From: Intoshia linei
Lineage: Eukaryota; Animalia; Orthonectida
Length of the DNA: 36,794 bases
Direction: 5' to 3'
Assembly (NCBI GenBank): GCA_001642005.1
Contig: LWCA01000247.1
Coordinates: 1 to 36,794 of the forward strand
Notes under the pieces: generated by a model
Seen by the model: only the letters and a program-made list of their open reading frames with translations
Database searches by the model: none
Told to the model about the DNA's origin: nothing
Made by a program: the position numbers and the translations under genes
Part shown: positions 11,232-23,800 of the stretch, in pieces
Layout of the letters: each line of letters opens with the position of its first letter
Numbering within the stretch: position 1 is the stretch's first letter

Positions 11232-11867
11232 TTTGAGAATTTATTTAAATTGAATTAAAATTGTAATAAAATTAAATGTAAAAACGATTTAGTAATTTTA
11301 ATTCAAAACGATAAAACAAATAATTAAATAATCTATGGATACCATCTATTATGAAAATATGTTTACTACAGCCATTATTATTTTTTTATATGTTTATTAT
11401 CTAAGGGAAAAGTTAAATATAAAATTTTAAAAATTAAAAAAATCTATATAATTAAAATAATATATAATTTTATTATCGCATTTATCTATAGAGATTGATT
11501 AATAAGTCGCTAATTAATTAAGTTCGTTATCAGAGGGGTGAACTGTAGTTAAATTATTTAAGTTAACAATACTAAATTTTAAGGTAAATAATAAAGTGAA
11601 ATATACAAATGGATTTTATTTAAAATGGTTGGTATGTATGAATTTTACACAAAAGGATTGATATGAATGGATTTTTTACAAATAAATTTCAAAATATTTT
11701 TACTCTGACAATCCATGAAATAAAGATATTGAACCACATGATAAAGTTTACAAAGTACTACAAATAAACTTAATAAATTTGATAAAATGTTTTTAGTATT
11801 TTTTATTGTACCTGATATCTAGTGAATACACCAATAAGTGCACCATTCAGTTAAATATCATATAACC

Positions 11868-12050
11868 CAGCGTTTCGCAAATGCCGGTTCGCGGACCAGT
11901 ACTGGTCCGTGAAAAATTTACTAAAACATAAAAGTCCATTTATTACGTTTTTTATAAAAATTTTTTTAATTTTGCTAGTAATATCGCTTTAGTGGTCCGC
12001 GATATATTTTATAATTTATTACCGATCCGCTCTGACAAAAGTTATGGAGA
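11868..12050. mobile_element. hAT (Charlie/Buster-like) MITE remnant
   Basis: Starts CAGCGTTTCGCAAATGCCGGTTCGCGGACC with repeated GGTCCGCG/GGTCCGTG subterminal motifs typical of hAT MITEs. Right end degenerate. Confidence 0.55.
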
Positions 12051-12266
12051 TATAGGTATTTACTTAAATATGTATTAAATTCAAGGTATATAGACCTAAT
12101 ATAATTCAACTTGACTATTTTGTAGTTCTGTAGTAATTCTGGACGCGTTTAAAAATCATTAAAACGCGTCGTTAATATCAACCTCAGAAACGCACACATT
12201 TATGGTCAAAACCACAAATTACCCTTTTTTATCAATATTGAAAATGTCCTAAAATTTTATAAAACA

Positions 12267-12490
12267 CTAGGTTGACTGTTATATACTACATACAAACAAC
12301 ACTTAACTTTGCTGAGGGCACATTTTTATTCTACCAAAAAAATAAATTCACGTTAAAATTTAACTTCAAAATCCTACTATTCACTATTATCACCTTTAAA
12401 GGAGTGGTTCCCAAACTTGTTTCAGGTGGAATTATCATATCACATTACTTTTTACTTTAAAGTGAATTATTCCCTCTTAATTTTTTTTGT
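12267..12490 (-). mobile_element. Helitron 3' fragment (same family as 5008-6367)
   Basis: ACTAGGTTGACTGTTATATACTAC... aligns with 5007-5225, including TTTAAAGGAGTGGTTCCC. Confidence 0.75.
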
Positions 12491-12499
12491 TTACATTTG

Positions 12500-12995
12500 C
12501 GTAAAGAAAGAAGAAACCAATCTAAATTTTTTCTCTCATTTATTCGTTTAAAAGTCATTCTAAATTCATCAATTTTGGATGTATCTGCGGATAATTGTTC
12601 TCCTGACAGCTTTCTGAAAGAAATATAAAAACAATTTTTAAATTTTCGTATCCAATCCTAACTGCATTTAAAGGTACTAGCTGGATTCGTTTTTTCAATG
12701 TATTTTTTGCCATAATCTCGCAACATATATCATAATACTGGCCGATTTCCTTCTCTCCTTCTCAAAAAAAATCTGAAAACCTCTTCATACATCATTTGAT
12801 TTGATCGCAGTTTGAAAGTCTTGCGTTTTTTTAAATTTGTAGCAAGCTTGTTTTTCATCAATTTGTCTTATTGTCGATAAATTGATATAATTGATGATCT
12901 GATTTACCCATCTCACTTGCTTTTTTGTTAAAAATTTGACGTGCTTTCTTTAAATAATGCGCTAGATTTCCTTTATTGTTTTTATAAATTCATAA
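12500..12995 (-). pseudogene. pogo/Tigger (CENP-B/Jerky-like) transposase N-terminal remnant
   Basis: The minus strand reads TFKCS*DWIRKFKNCFYISFRKLSGEQLSADTSKIDEF (~12565-12685), matching the CENP-B HTH motif FKAS.GW..RFK.R..I......GE.LSAD. In-frame stops. Truncated next to the Helitron fragment. Confidence 0.75.
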
Positions 12996-13970
12996 TCGCA
13001 TTGGTTATTAGAATTAACGTAGAAATTTATTTTACAATTAGATATACTTATAATCGAATAACAAGACATAAAAAATAATAATAAAATGCTATAATGTTAC
13101 CAAATCAGATTGCAGAAAACTGAAAACGATTCTATTTGCACACTATGTAATCAATTAAAAAAATAGGTCTTAAAATTATAAATTCCGTCCTCATAAAAGC
13201 TAGCTGCTTTTTTTAGGAATCACATAATAGTAAATCTACTAAATAGATTCTAGTGAGTATACAACAGACAACAACTCATCAGAGCTAGATATTCATTTCG
13301 AAAATTAAAAAAAAAGCTATTGAATAATGAAAAGTGATAACACATAATAATAGTGTATCGGAAAAAAATTTACATGTGGACTTTCATTTTATTTACAGTT
13401 GATAAACATTTGCAAATATTGTGATTATATATTTTGATTAAATAATATGATAAAGCAACACGCTAAATATTGAAGGAAATGTATAATATTGAAATTACCT
13501 GGATATGCAAACATTAATAATTAATGAAAAAATTACCGTGTATTTATGGTCATTGTAAACAAACTACATTTGATTAAACTGTAATATGAAAGATACAAGC
13601 AACTCTCTAATTCAAAAATCCAATTCGTAATTTGTTTACAAATTTTTTATCATCAATGTAACAATTTAGAAAAATTAACAAAGTGTATCGATATTCGAAC
13701 AATATAGGTTTATTACTATACAAATAAATATTCTATCATATCCTTTATCACATTGATTCTCAACCTTTTTCAGAGCATATAAAATTTCAACTATTTGCTT
13801 TTATTCGTGGTTCAAGCATTATAAATTAATTTTCACAAACATAAATTAAGTAAATGCAAAAAATTTTTCATTTTTTTCCATGGCCTTTGACTCAGAACTT
13901 TTAATCAATTTCTTCTGTCGCTGATTAAATTTTTTATCTATCAATGTGATCATCTTTCGATCATTTAAAC

Positions 13971-14340
13971 CAGCCATTATCAAGGTGATAAATGTAGACC
14001 CCTTGGGGTCCACAGCACTTTTTTGGGGGCCATGAAAATTATATACATTTATTACATATTATAGACATTTTCAGTAACATAAAGTCGTTTTTAAAACATA
14101 AAGGCTCAGAAATACTAATATAAAACTTATTAAAAACTGTGTAAAAACTTATTGGGAAACCTCCATTGTTCTATTTTAGGATCAGCGGTTTTATTTAATT
14201 ATTTTATTAAAATTTATGACTTATTTAATTTTATTATGAATTCATTTAAAATTATTATTATTATTAATTTCTTTGGGGTTCACAGGTTTTTTGTAATATC
14301 ATCTAAAAGATCCACAGCAAAAAAGGGTTGAGAATTCCTG
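13971..14340. mobile_element. hAT Buster/Charlie-type MITE (370 bp)
   Basis: Perfect 8-bp TSD ATTTAAAC (13963-13970, 14341-14348) with central TA. TIR CAGCCATTATCAA / TTGAGAATTCCTG. Internal GGGGTCCAC motifs. Related fragment near 36520-36585. Confidence 0.85.
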
Positions 14341-14842
14341 ATTTAAACCACGGATATTTACATTAAGTGTTATTTAAAACAGTGACAAATTAATTAATGA
14401 AAATTAAACAAAAGATAAGCCTTGAATTATTCTAAGACATGTACATTATACAATGTACATTGGGGTCTTATGATGCCATTAATGTTAAAATACAAGTAAG
14501 AGGAATTGAGAGGTAGATAAGAACCTGGAAAATGAAAATTAGACTGCTTAAAAAAATTTTCGATACCATAAAGTAGCGTCATATAATTCCTAGCCAATAT
14601 TAAAATTAATAAAATTTAATACGTAAAATAGTAATTATATTCAAGAATATAATTTTTGAATCAATTTGGAAAAATTAAGCCCTATTATACAAAAATTTCT
14701 TCGAGACTCCAAAGATGGGTCTCGGATATGGTAGGTTCGATACTGTTGAGAGGCCTGACTGTATAAGTTTTTTAAATGACTACATTATTTTTAAACATTT
14801 TTTTAATATAGTGAATTATATATTTTATATTTGTTCATTTAG

Positions 14843-17800
14843 TCAACGAATCTCAAAATACACAATATATGAAAGAAGTTCAAAGATATGTCGTCATTGC
14901 CTATAGAAACGGTGAATATCAAGATGCATACCGAATAGCTGCTAAAACTGTCAATATTGTAAATATTATATTACGTTGAATTAATTATTAGTTTGACATG
15001 TCATTATGTAGTATGAAACGATAAAAGTGATCGCATCGCGATGAGTCGTGAAGAGAAATTTTGATAATTTAAACGGCGTCTAATATAAATGATTGTTGGT
15101 TGCTTTTTTATACATAAAAAAAGTTTTTAGGAAAAAAATTAAAATTAGTCTTTCCTAGGAACTTACTTCGGTTTTCCAAAATTTTTCAAATTTTTCATTG
15201 AACCATAAATTTATATTTTAACTACTCATTTCAAAAACAGCAACGCGTACATAATTTTAAAGTGGTAAAAGGGGCTAGAAGCTCAGGAATACTTTTTAAT
15301 AATAATAATTTTAACGCGGAAGGTTATTACAAGTTGGTCGTTACAAATAAACTATATGTTGCTAAGATACATTAACTTTCTCAATTATGATAATTTACTT
15401 ATTTTTGAGTCAGAGACGAACTTACCATGCAAGGTGCCCAGAAAATCAAATATGTACCCTTTAAAAATTCAAAAACAATGCTTAGTGCACTACGCATAAC
15501 AATAAAAGAAATAGATCCAACAACCTCTCAACGGCTTTAGACTCGACATTTTAAATTTTAATTTGAAACTAAAAATAACATGTATATGATATTCACATTT
15601 TTAAATTTTTTTTATATTCCAAATTTAAAATTCAAAGCTTTCGCTGAGCTACCCGAAGAGGCCTCGGTAAGAGATTTTGTGTAAATAAGTTTCAATTTTC
15701 ATAATGTGAAAAGTTTATATTATAAATAAATTTTTTTTTACCAAACATTATAAGGGAAGGCTTTTTTAAGATTTTGTTGGACCAATTAACCAAAACCCAT
15801 TGCTTGAAGGGAAATATTGAGATTATGGTTTTACCACCGTTAACAGGGAGGGTTTTTTAAGATTTTCCTAAACAAATCTTAAAGGAGATTTTCAGATCAA
15901 ACAAGTAAATATAAAAAATCTTTAACATATCTTTAATCTATATAAAATTTATTAAAAAATAATCTGAAAATTACTCTTCAAGGGTTAGGATAAAAAATAT
16001 AAAAAAACCTCTCATTGAGACTTATTTAACGTTTTCCAGGTACGATAAGCTTAATGTGGTTATTGTGTAACAATTGTGTAATGTTAAACGTAAATATAGC
16101 TATTGGACGAATGTACAAGAATACTAAAAACAAACAGTGCCGTAAGGCGTTTATTTTTTGAAGATGGATCCGAAATCAAAAGGCCTGAACAATTATATTA
16201 CGAATGTTGTGTATATGCTTCTACCGGGGAGAAATTTAAAAATTATGTAAACAGAAACAAAAAAACTAAATTTAAACCAACTCAAAATACGTTTTAAAAA
16301 TTAAACAATAGATATTTGTAATTTTTTGTCTAGACATACAATTAAATGTACTGCATACAAAAACAGCACTAATGTTAATCCTGCTATAATAATATGTTCT
16401 TTTGAGGATATTGACGGAGTAATTAATATATTAGTATACATTATAATATAATATTTTAGTTTTTGCGTCTTTGCACTCAAAAGTTAAAGCTTAATAAACC
16501 GGCAAAATTTATTTATAACTGGGAAGGTATAAAGATGAAAAAACTGGAATCTAGTATTTATTACCGCCTCTATAAATTTCACGTTGTTGGAAAATTCTCT
16601 TTTATAGTTGGATGGTAGAACTTAATAATTGAGGAATCGGTTAAATTTTTGTAAAATAAGCGACTTATTTTTTAAAGTTGTCAATTTAAAAACAATAAAT
16701 TAAAACATTTTCAATATTTTAACTTTCATGATCAAGCATATGGAGAGGTGTTCAGTGGCTAAATATTATTATGCATCGATTGTAAAAAATTATTAGGTTT
16801 CCATTTTTTATTTTCGAGGGGTGTTCCATCATGATAAATTATACTTTGGAACTGAGATTTTAAACGGCATGTGAATATTTTTTATATAAATGTATTAATA
16901 TAAAAGTAACTTTATTAAATAATTATTATTATCATTATAATAATTATATTTAATACATATAATAATATATACAATAATAATTATTAAATATGTTGTATTA
17001 CACTAATTAACTATCTATTCATTAATAATATTAGTAAAACCCATGTTTACGCAAAATTTGGAAATAATTGAAATGGGACCAGTTTGGATATCTAGTGGTG
17101 AATATTTTAGTCCAAAGGGAAGTTGTACATATATAAGCCAGAAAATTTGCATTTTAGAGAAAGAAATTTTCAATTTAAAAGTTTATTTAATAGACGTAAT
17201 ATTTGATTATACATAAATAACATATATTTAAAACCTAAAATTTAATCACTTAGAGCACTTTTATCGCTTAATCGATAATGAAAATATACAGTATGGGCTA
17301 ATAGCGATGAATATTTTCAATAAATTATTTTTATATAATTTCACATGTTACCGGGACCCCATGTTTTAAATATATTAAAAAAAAATTAAATTTTTACCAA
17401 TAAAATGGTTTTTATAATTTTTTAAAGGGTGCTCTAACGTTTTGTCGGGGTATACACTGAAATGTATCAATAAGATTGATATATAATATTTCCTTATACA
17501 TACTGGTGCTTTTACAGACAAATATGAATTTTTCTTATGCATGGATTTTTTATCAACCAAACTTTAAACCACAAGTAGATAAAAATGAAAAAAAAATATT
17601 AGAAATCAATAAAATTAATTGATATTAAAATTGTATTGTTTATAGCTGGAAAAATTACAAAAACAATCTCAAAAATTGGATATAATTAAAAAAATAGATG
17701 TGGTAATATAAAAAAATGGATATTATTAACAACAAACAAACATGTAGGTGAAAATGCAAATTAAAAATAACAAAAATAATATCAAATTATACAGAAACAT

Positions 17801-20800
17801 GTTAACGTATGTTTTGCCACAAATGAAAGAGGAAGAGGTATTTTCGTTTTAAAGAGGGAAAAAGAATAGAATAAATTAAAATAGTATTTGTCAACTGAAT
17901 GCTCTTAAATATCTTAAGCAATCAGCGAAATTCAAATACATTGCAACATCAAAATTACATTAATAACAGTTTCACGGAAGTTATTTTTATGAAAGGGGAA
18001 TTAGTATAGTTCAATTGAATGACTAGGATTTTAAACTCTACCCATAGACATTATAATACATTCTGGCCTACCCTTGTGTTGTATCACGTTATTTTTTCGA
18101 TATTAATATTATGTATTTAAATTATTGGTACCCAATTAGGTCTTCAATAAGGTTTCGGAAAACATTACTACAATTTTTCCAATCAAAGACATTTCACATT
18201 TTAACAATTCTCACATGAACAACTAAAAAAAATAAAAATAATAATGGATTTTCCTTTAATTAATCCTTTAATTTTCCTTTAATTAACAAATCTATAGAAG
18301 ACTAATACAAAAAATATAAAATATTCAAACTTCCTCACCCACTCATTCATACTCATACTCATGTAGTTTTCATGTATTCTAGTTGAGAAATTTTATCCAT
18401 CATTTTATTTAATTTTAAAATAATAAAAATGAATTTAGAGGCTTGGAAATCATTATAAATTAAATTACATCAAAGAGTTTGACACACAGTATCCAATTGT
18501 AGGCATTAAAGGAAATATTTTATTGAAGGTAAAACATTATTTTAATTTACACAACATTCCAATTTCTTATTCATATGCTCATAATTGATTATTCGCTCAT
18601 AAACATTTTATTTCTTATGATTTTCAGTAAAAAAGTTGAATAAAAGATTGGTTGTTCTCCAGTTTCATTATATATTGATGGTACACTTTTTTATAAGAAA
18701 TTAAAAAGTTAGATAATTATTTAAAATTCTCTGAAATTTGTAACGTAATAAGTTTAATAACAGAAAAATATAAAACAAAATGTATCAATTATTCCACTTT
18801 AACTTTTTTATTTTCTGTAACCATAGCGAGTCGCTACAAAATTATACATAATTATATATATTGTAATTTAAATTTTGATAATTTATGAAATTAATATCAT
18901 CAAAAATTTCTGTAACTATTGATTTTTAAATTTAATTTAAATTTAAGTTTACTTTTTCACGATGAAAGATTTACATAATTATTATAAACAACCTAAATTA
19001 AACTTATAAATGAAAGAATGACAAAATTTAATTAACTTTGATAACTGGAAAATCTGGCAAATGGTGTCAAATAGTTAAAATATAAATTATAATAAAAACT
19101 AAAGACAATTTCATACGAACACGAACTTCGAACTGTGTTGCATGTAGTGCCGAACCTACCTTACCGAGACCCATCTTCGTGACTGCGTTTAAATGTTTGT
19201 ATTATAGGGCCTCCTTTTTCCAAATTGTATTAAAATGAAATGTCAAATCAAGAGCCTTTGGAGAGGTGGCTAGGACTATATGACATTACGCATTGTTTCC
19301 GATAAATTTTTAAGGGACTACTAATTATTTTAGGTTGACTTCCAGCTAGGTAGGTTCAGCTCTGGTTGCAGGAATCTAGTTATCACGGAATAATATTATT
19401 TTATTATTAAGATAAGTATATTTAGATATTTGAAGAAAACAATGACGATAATTACAAACGATTGTACATAAAAAAAGACAATATATTGAAAATTGCAAAA
19501 GGTTGCAAAAATAAAGCTGTATCTGCCGTAATTTTCCCATATAATTTTCATTTCAACTTTTGAATCTTGTTCATTATTACATTAATATTATTTTGAATAT
19601 TTATATTTATATTATTGGTAATATTATATTAATATATATACAAATTAGTTGATTGAACAATGTTGTGACCTGTATGGCGATATAAATCAGACAATCGATT
19701 TCAGAAAATGTAAAATATATAACGAATTTGGACAAAAAGTGAAATGTATTGATGAAATATCAAGAAATCAGTCACTATGGTTTTCAAAATCTGGAAAGCC
19801 AATAAAAAATAATCGTAATTTAATTAGCAAATTTATCATTATTATTTGCTTTAAACTTTTTATTTAGATTACTTTTTATCTTATAAACTGACATGCTACG
19901 AACTCATTTATATGAAATGTGAAAATAGGTTTTATTATCACATTACACGACATCGAGATAGTAAAAAGATTGATCCTAATATTTCTACGTTGACAGCGTA
20001 AATTTTTTTATTATAATTTATATAATATTCTTCTTTTTGGTTGTTTCCAAATATCTGTTCGTATGTTCATTTGGCCACAATAACATTACAAATAATTTCA
20101 TAACCGTTCAGACAATGTTATCGCCTTGCCTATGAATAATTTTTAATTCTAATAACATCATAATTAAACCAAATCTATTTACATGATGTTGATAATTTTA
20201 AAGTGATTCAGTGTAGTTTTGGTTCAGTGTACTTTTGGAATACGACAATTATTTTATACTTTATATTAATTAAAGTTTGAAAAACTGTTTTTGATAGTAA
20301 TTTTTATTCAAAAATACACATTATCTACCTAATACCTTTAGAAAAATCACAAAATTTTATATACATTTGACACCCTAATGGGCATCCCAGTTTACCAATT
20401 TAAAAGTTATCAAAATTCATTGAAAAACATAAATTAATGGATTCAGAAAACAGATAAACATTGTTAAAAATAATACATGTATAACATGCATTATAAACTT
20501 GTCTTAACTAATTCAAATTATTTATTATTTTAGACTCAATCTAGAAACATACTTGGATATGGCTAATAATTATGATAAAATTAAGATATCCAACCAAGAT
20601 TATGTTAAAAATATTAATATTTTATCGGATGCACCATTCAAATTAGTTTTAGTAAATGAGGTACATTACATTTAAGTTTAGATGTAAAGTAGAATCTCTT
20701 TAAGTCAATGCAATAAATTCGGGTAATTTGCATTGGAAATTGTACAGGCAATTTTTGCATAATAGTATACAGTAAATATATATAATATATATATATAATA

Positions 20801-23800
20801 TAATATATAATAATAAATATAATAGTAAATAACATGATAATGTAACAATAGAAACGTAGTTAAATTAAATGTTACTAAGATAAAGTGACCAGAAAAATAC
20901 GTACTATCATTATAGTTTATTTGGAATAAATTTTAAACCGAAAATTTTTATTCGTCATTATAGATAAATAGTTTTGGCTTTACATTTAACACCAAATAAA
21001 CTAAAATTGATAATACGTATTTTTTCTGGCCACTTTAATTAAGATATTACAATTTTAAATTTACAATAAAAATCTTAAAGAGTGATAAATTTTAATTAAT
21101 TAGGATTTGATTTTAAGAGGTTCAACTTTACAATTAAAACTACATAAATACTTCATAAATTAAAATATTTTTTCATCCATGATTTACTTATTTACGGTTA
21201 TTTATTTATACATTTATGTATATTAGAGTGTCACATTTTTTGGAAAATTTTAGAATTCGATGGGTAATTAGCACTAAAAATGTGTATTTTTAAAATAGAA
21301 AAACTAATTCGTAATCAAAAACATTTAACGATATCTATTCGAGTTGTGTTTGTAATTTTAAATATAACTGTATAAATATTATGAAGAAATTAATACTGAA
21401 CTTTATTTTTACGGAAATTGGTGTTTGAGCTTTTAAACGTGATACCGACTTTATAATATTGTTCTCCATGTTTAGTTATACAGTTTATTTTTTTAAATTT
21501 GTTTCTAGCTTAATTTTTTTGGATTTTATGGAATTCATATTATGCAAAAATTTAAAATTTAAACAATGTTAATTGACTATTTAACCAGAATTCGAGAAAT
21601 TAAATCGTTGCACACTTGTAGTGCTAATTTCCCTTGATTCTTTGATGGGTGTGACACCCTAATGTGTATAGTATGGTATAATTATAATTAATAAAATCAT
21701 GTAACGTTTTATATTTATATTGTTTGCAGTTAAAAATATTATTAGAGGGATAAAGATCTCTTTTACACTATAAAGCCAACAATTGATAGTTACGAAAGTA
21801 AAAATTTAAGAAAAGCCTTAAATAACATGGCTACTTGGAGCTTTGATAATGTATACATATTAATACATATTATACGTATAATAAAACATTGTACATTGTA
21901 CAGAGTACATGTATAGTAATCTATCTTATCTTATCTATAGTAAAAACACACTCCAAGTTTTTTAGTGGCACTTTTAAAAAACATTAAATTTTGTGAGACT
22001 GAAAAATTGTTGTTATCAAGTTTTTAAAATACGCATGTTCTTATTTAACGGATACATAATATATATTATTGTAATAAACATAATATTATATGACGGCCTA
22101 CACTTTTAAATTAATGTGCGAAATCTTTTTACTCCATCAGGATAACGTTTAGTAAAAGTTTGGCAACGACTCGATTGAATAATTATTCGATGAACCAAAA
22201 ATATTTTAAACGTAAAGGGTTCAACAGTTTTCATCTCATCAATGCCCATGATTAGTACATCAACACTTTCTTATTTTTACCATATATAATTTATTTTAGT
22301 CGGGAATATTTTTCTTGCAGGAATTGGATAACGTTATCCTCAGTTGTGCAACTAAAATGACCAATGTAATAATTTAATAAATACAATAATAATTTTGATA
22401 TTTACAGTGACAAAGTTACCAAATAAAAAATCCTAAAATTGCACCAAATTAGCGGTCTAATGCTGCAGCGTTTCCAACCGTCAGTTCGTATATTTTTACC
22501 GTTCTGCAAAACATACATGTATGTATAAAATTTAAAAAAAGTCATTAAAAATAATGTATACACACCGTACACATTTATTATGCAGATATTAAAAAATAGT
22601 AAAAACATAATAAAAAGTAAAGTAGATTTTTATATTTTTTTGGAGAATGTACTTGAACAGTCTGCGCAGGTATTAAAGATGAAAAAAATAAAATTATAAA
22701 CAATTAAATTAAAATAATTAATTATAATCTAAATAATAGAAATACTAAGTGTGCCAAAATATTATGCAAATGTAATGAATATTGATAAATGCAACGGAAC
22801 ATTAAAATGTAGGTCTAATGTTTAATATGGTTCCCATGAAGTTGTAAGACTTTAATAAGCCTACCATCCACTGAATCGGTCAACTTTTTGACTCGTTCTG
22901 GTAGGATTGACATAGACGCCTGCTTGATGGCATCCCATAACATCTCCAGGGAGTTATGCTGAGTCCCAGCAGCATATAACTTTCTAAATGATATATTTAA
23001 TATATTATTAAAATATTATAAAGCTTATTACATCTTTATCATGCTGCAATAATTTTCTATTGCGTTTAAGTCAGGACTGTTAGGAGGCCAAATCATTACG
23101 TTTGTTCCCTTAATGCCCTTTCCGATAGAAATGTCCTTGTGAGAGATGATGAATGGAAAGGTGCATTATCCTGCATGAATATTACATTTTTTTAAATTCG
23201 TCAATTTTCGAATTAAACCAAGGAAGGTAGTTTTCTTTCAAGAATTCAGTGTAACTTACGTAAGTTAAATTATTAATATTGACGTAAATTAACGTTATTT
23301 AAAAATGCCAAAATATTAAGTATTACAACTTCGAATTAATTTTCACTCCTTTGGGCACTTTATATGGTCCTAATACTTCATTCCCGATTATACCTGCCCA
23401 AAACATAACACCACCACCACTTTTTTGGCGACGTATTATTGATGAAACTTTGACGTTATTCAACACCCATCCGGACCATCTAATGTTGCTCTGCACTCAT
23501 CAGTAAATATAACCTTTTGAAAATTTGTCTTTAAATTAATTTTAGCCCATTTTATTCGTTTTTCCTTATGGACAATTTCAAAATAGGTCTTCTTAGGGCT
23601 TTTTTTACAGATTCAATAGAGTTTAAAATCTTACAGCGACTCGTTTTAGATACATTCGTTACATTACAAGACGAGAATATGCTGGAACTCGTGGAAAGTG
23701 GTGTTAATAACACGATCCTTTTAATTCGAGATAATTCTCTTGGTGACACTACCTTTTTTCGACCGCATTTGGGTCTTTCTTTTTGCTTTGATGGGGCATC

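Noticed and set aside
13400-13960. Possible minus-strand gene fragment (MITLIDKKFNQRQKK...)
   Set aside because: Short frames with stops, no consistent splice path and no homology motif.
17254-17292. Candidate extra DCDC1 exon (also 22408-22520)
   Set aside because: The obvious acceptors give in-frame stops, and flanking exons already join in phase without them.
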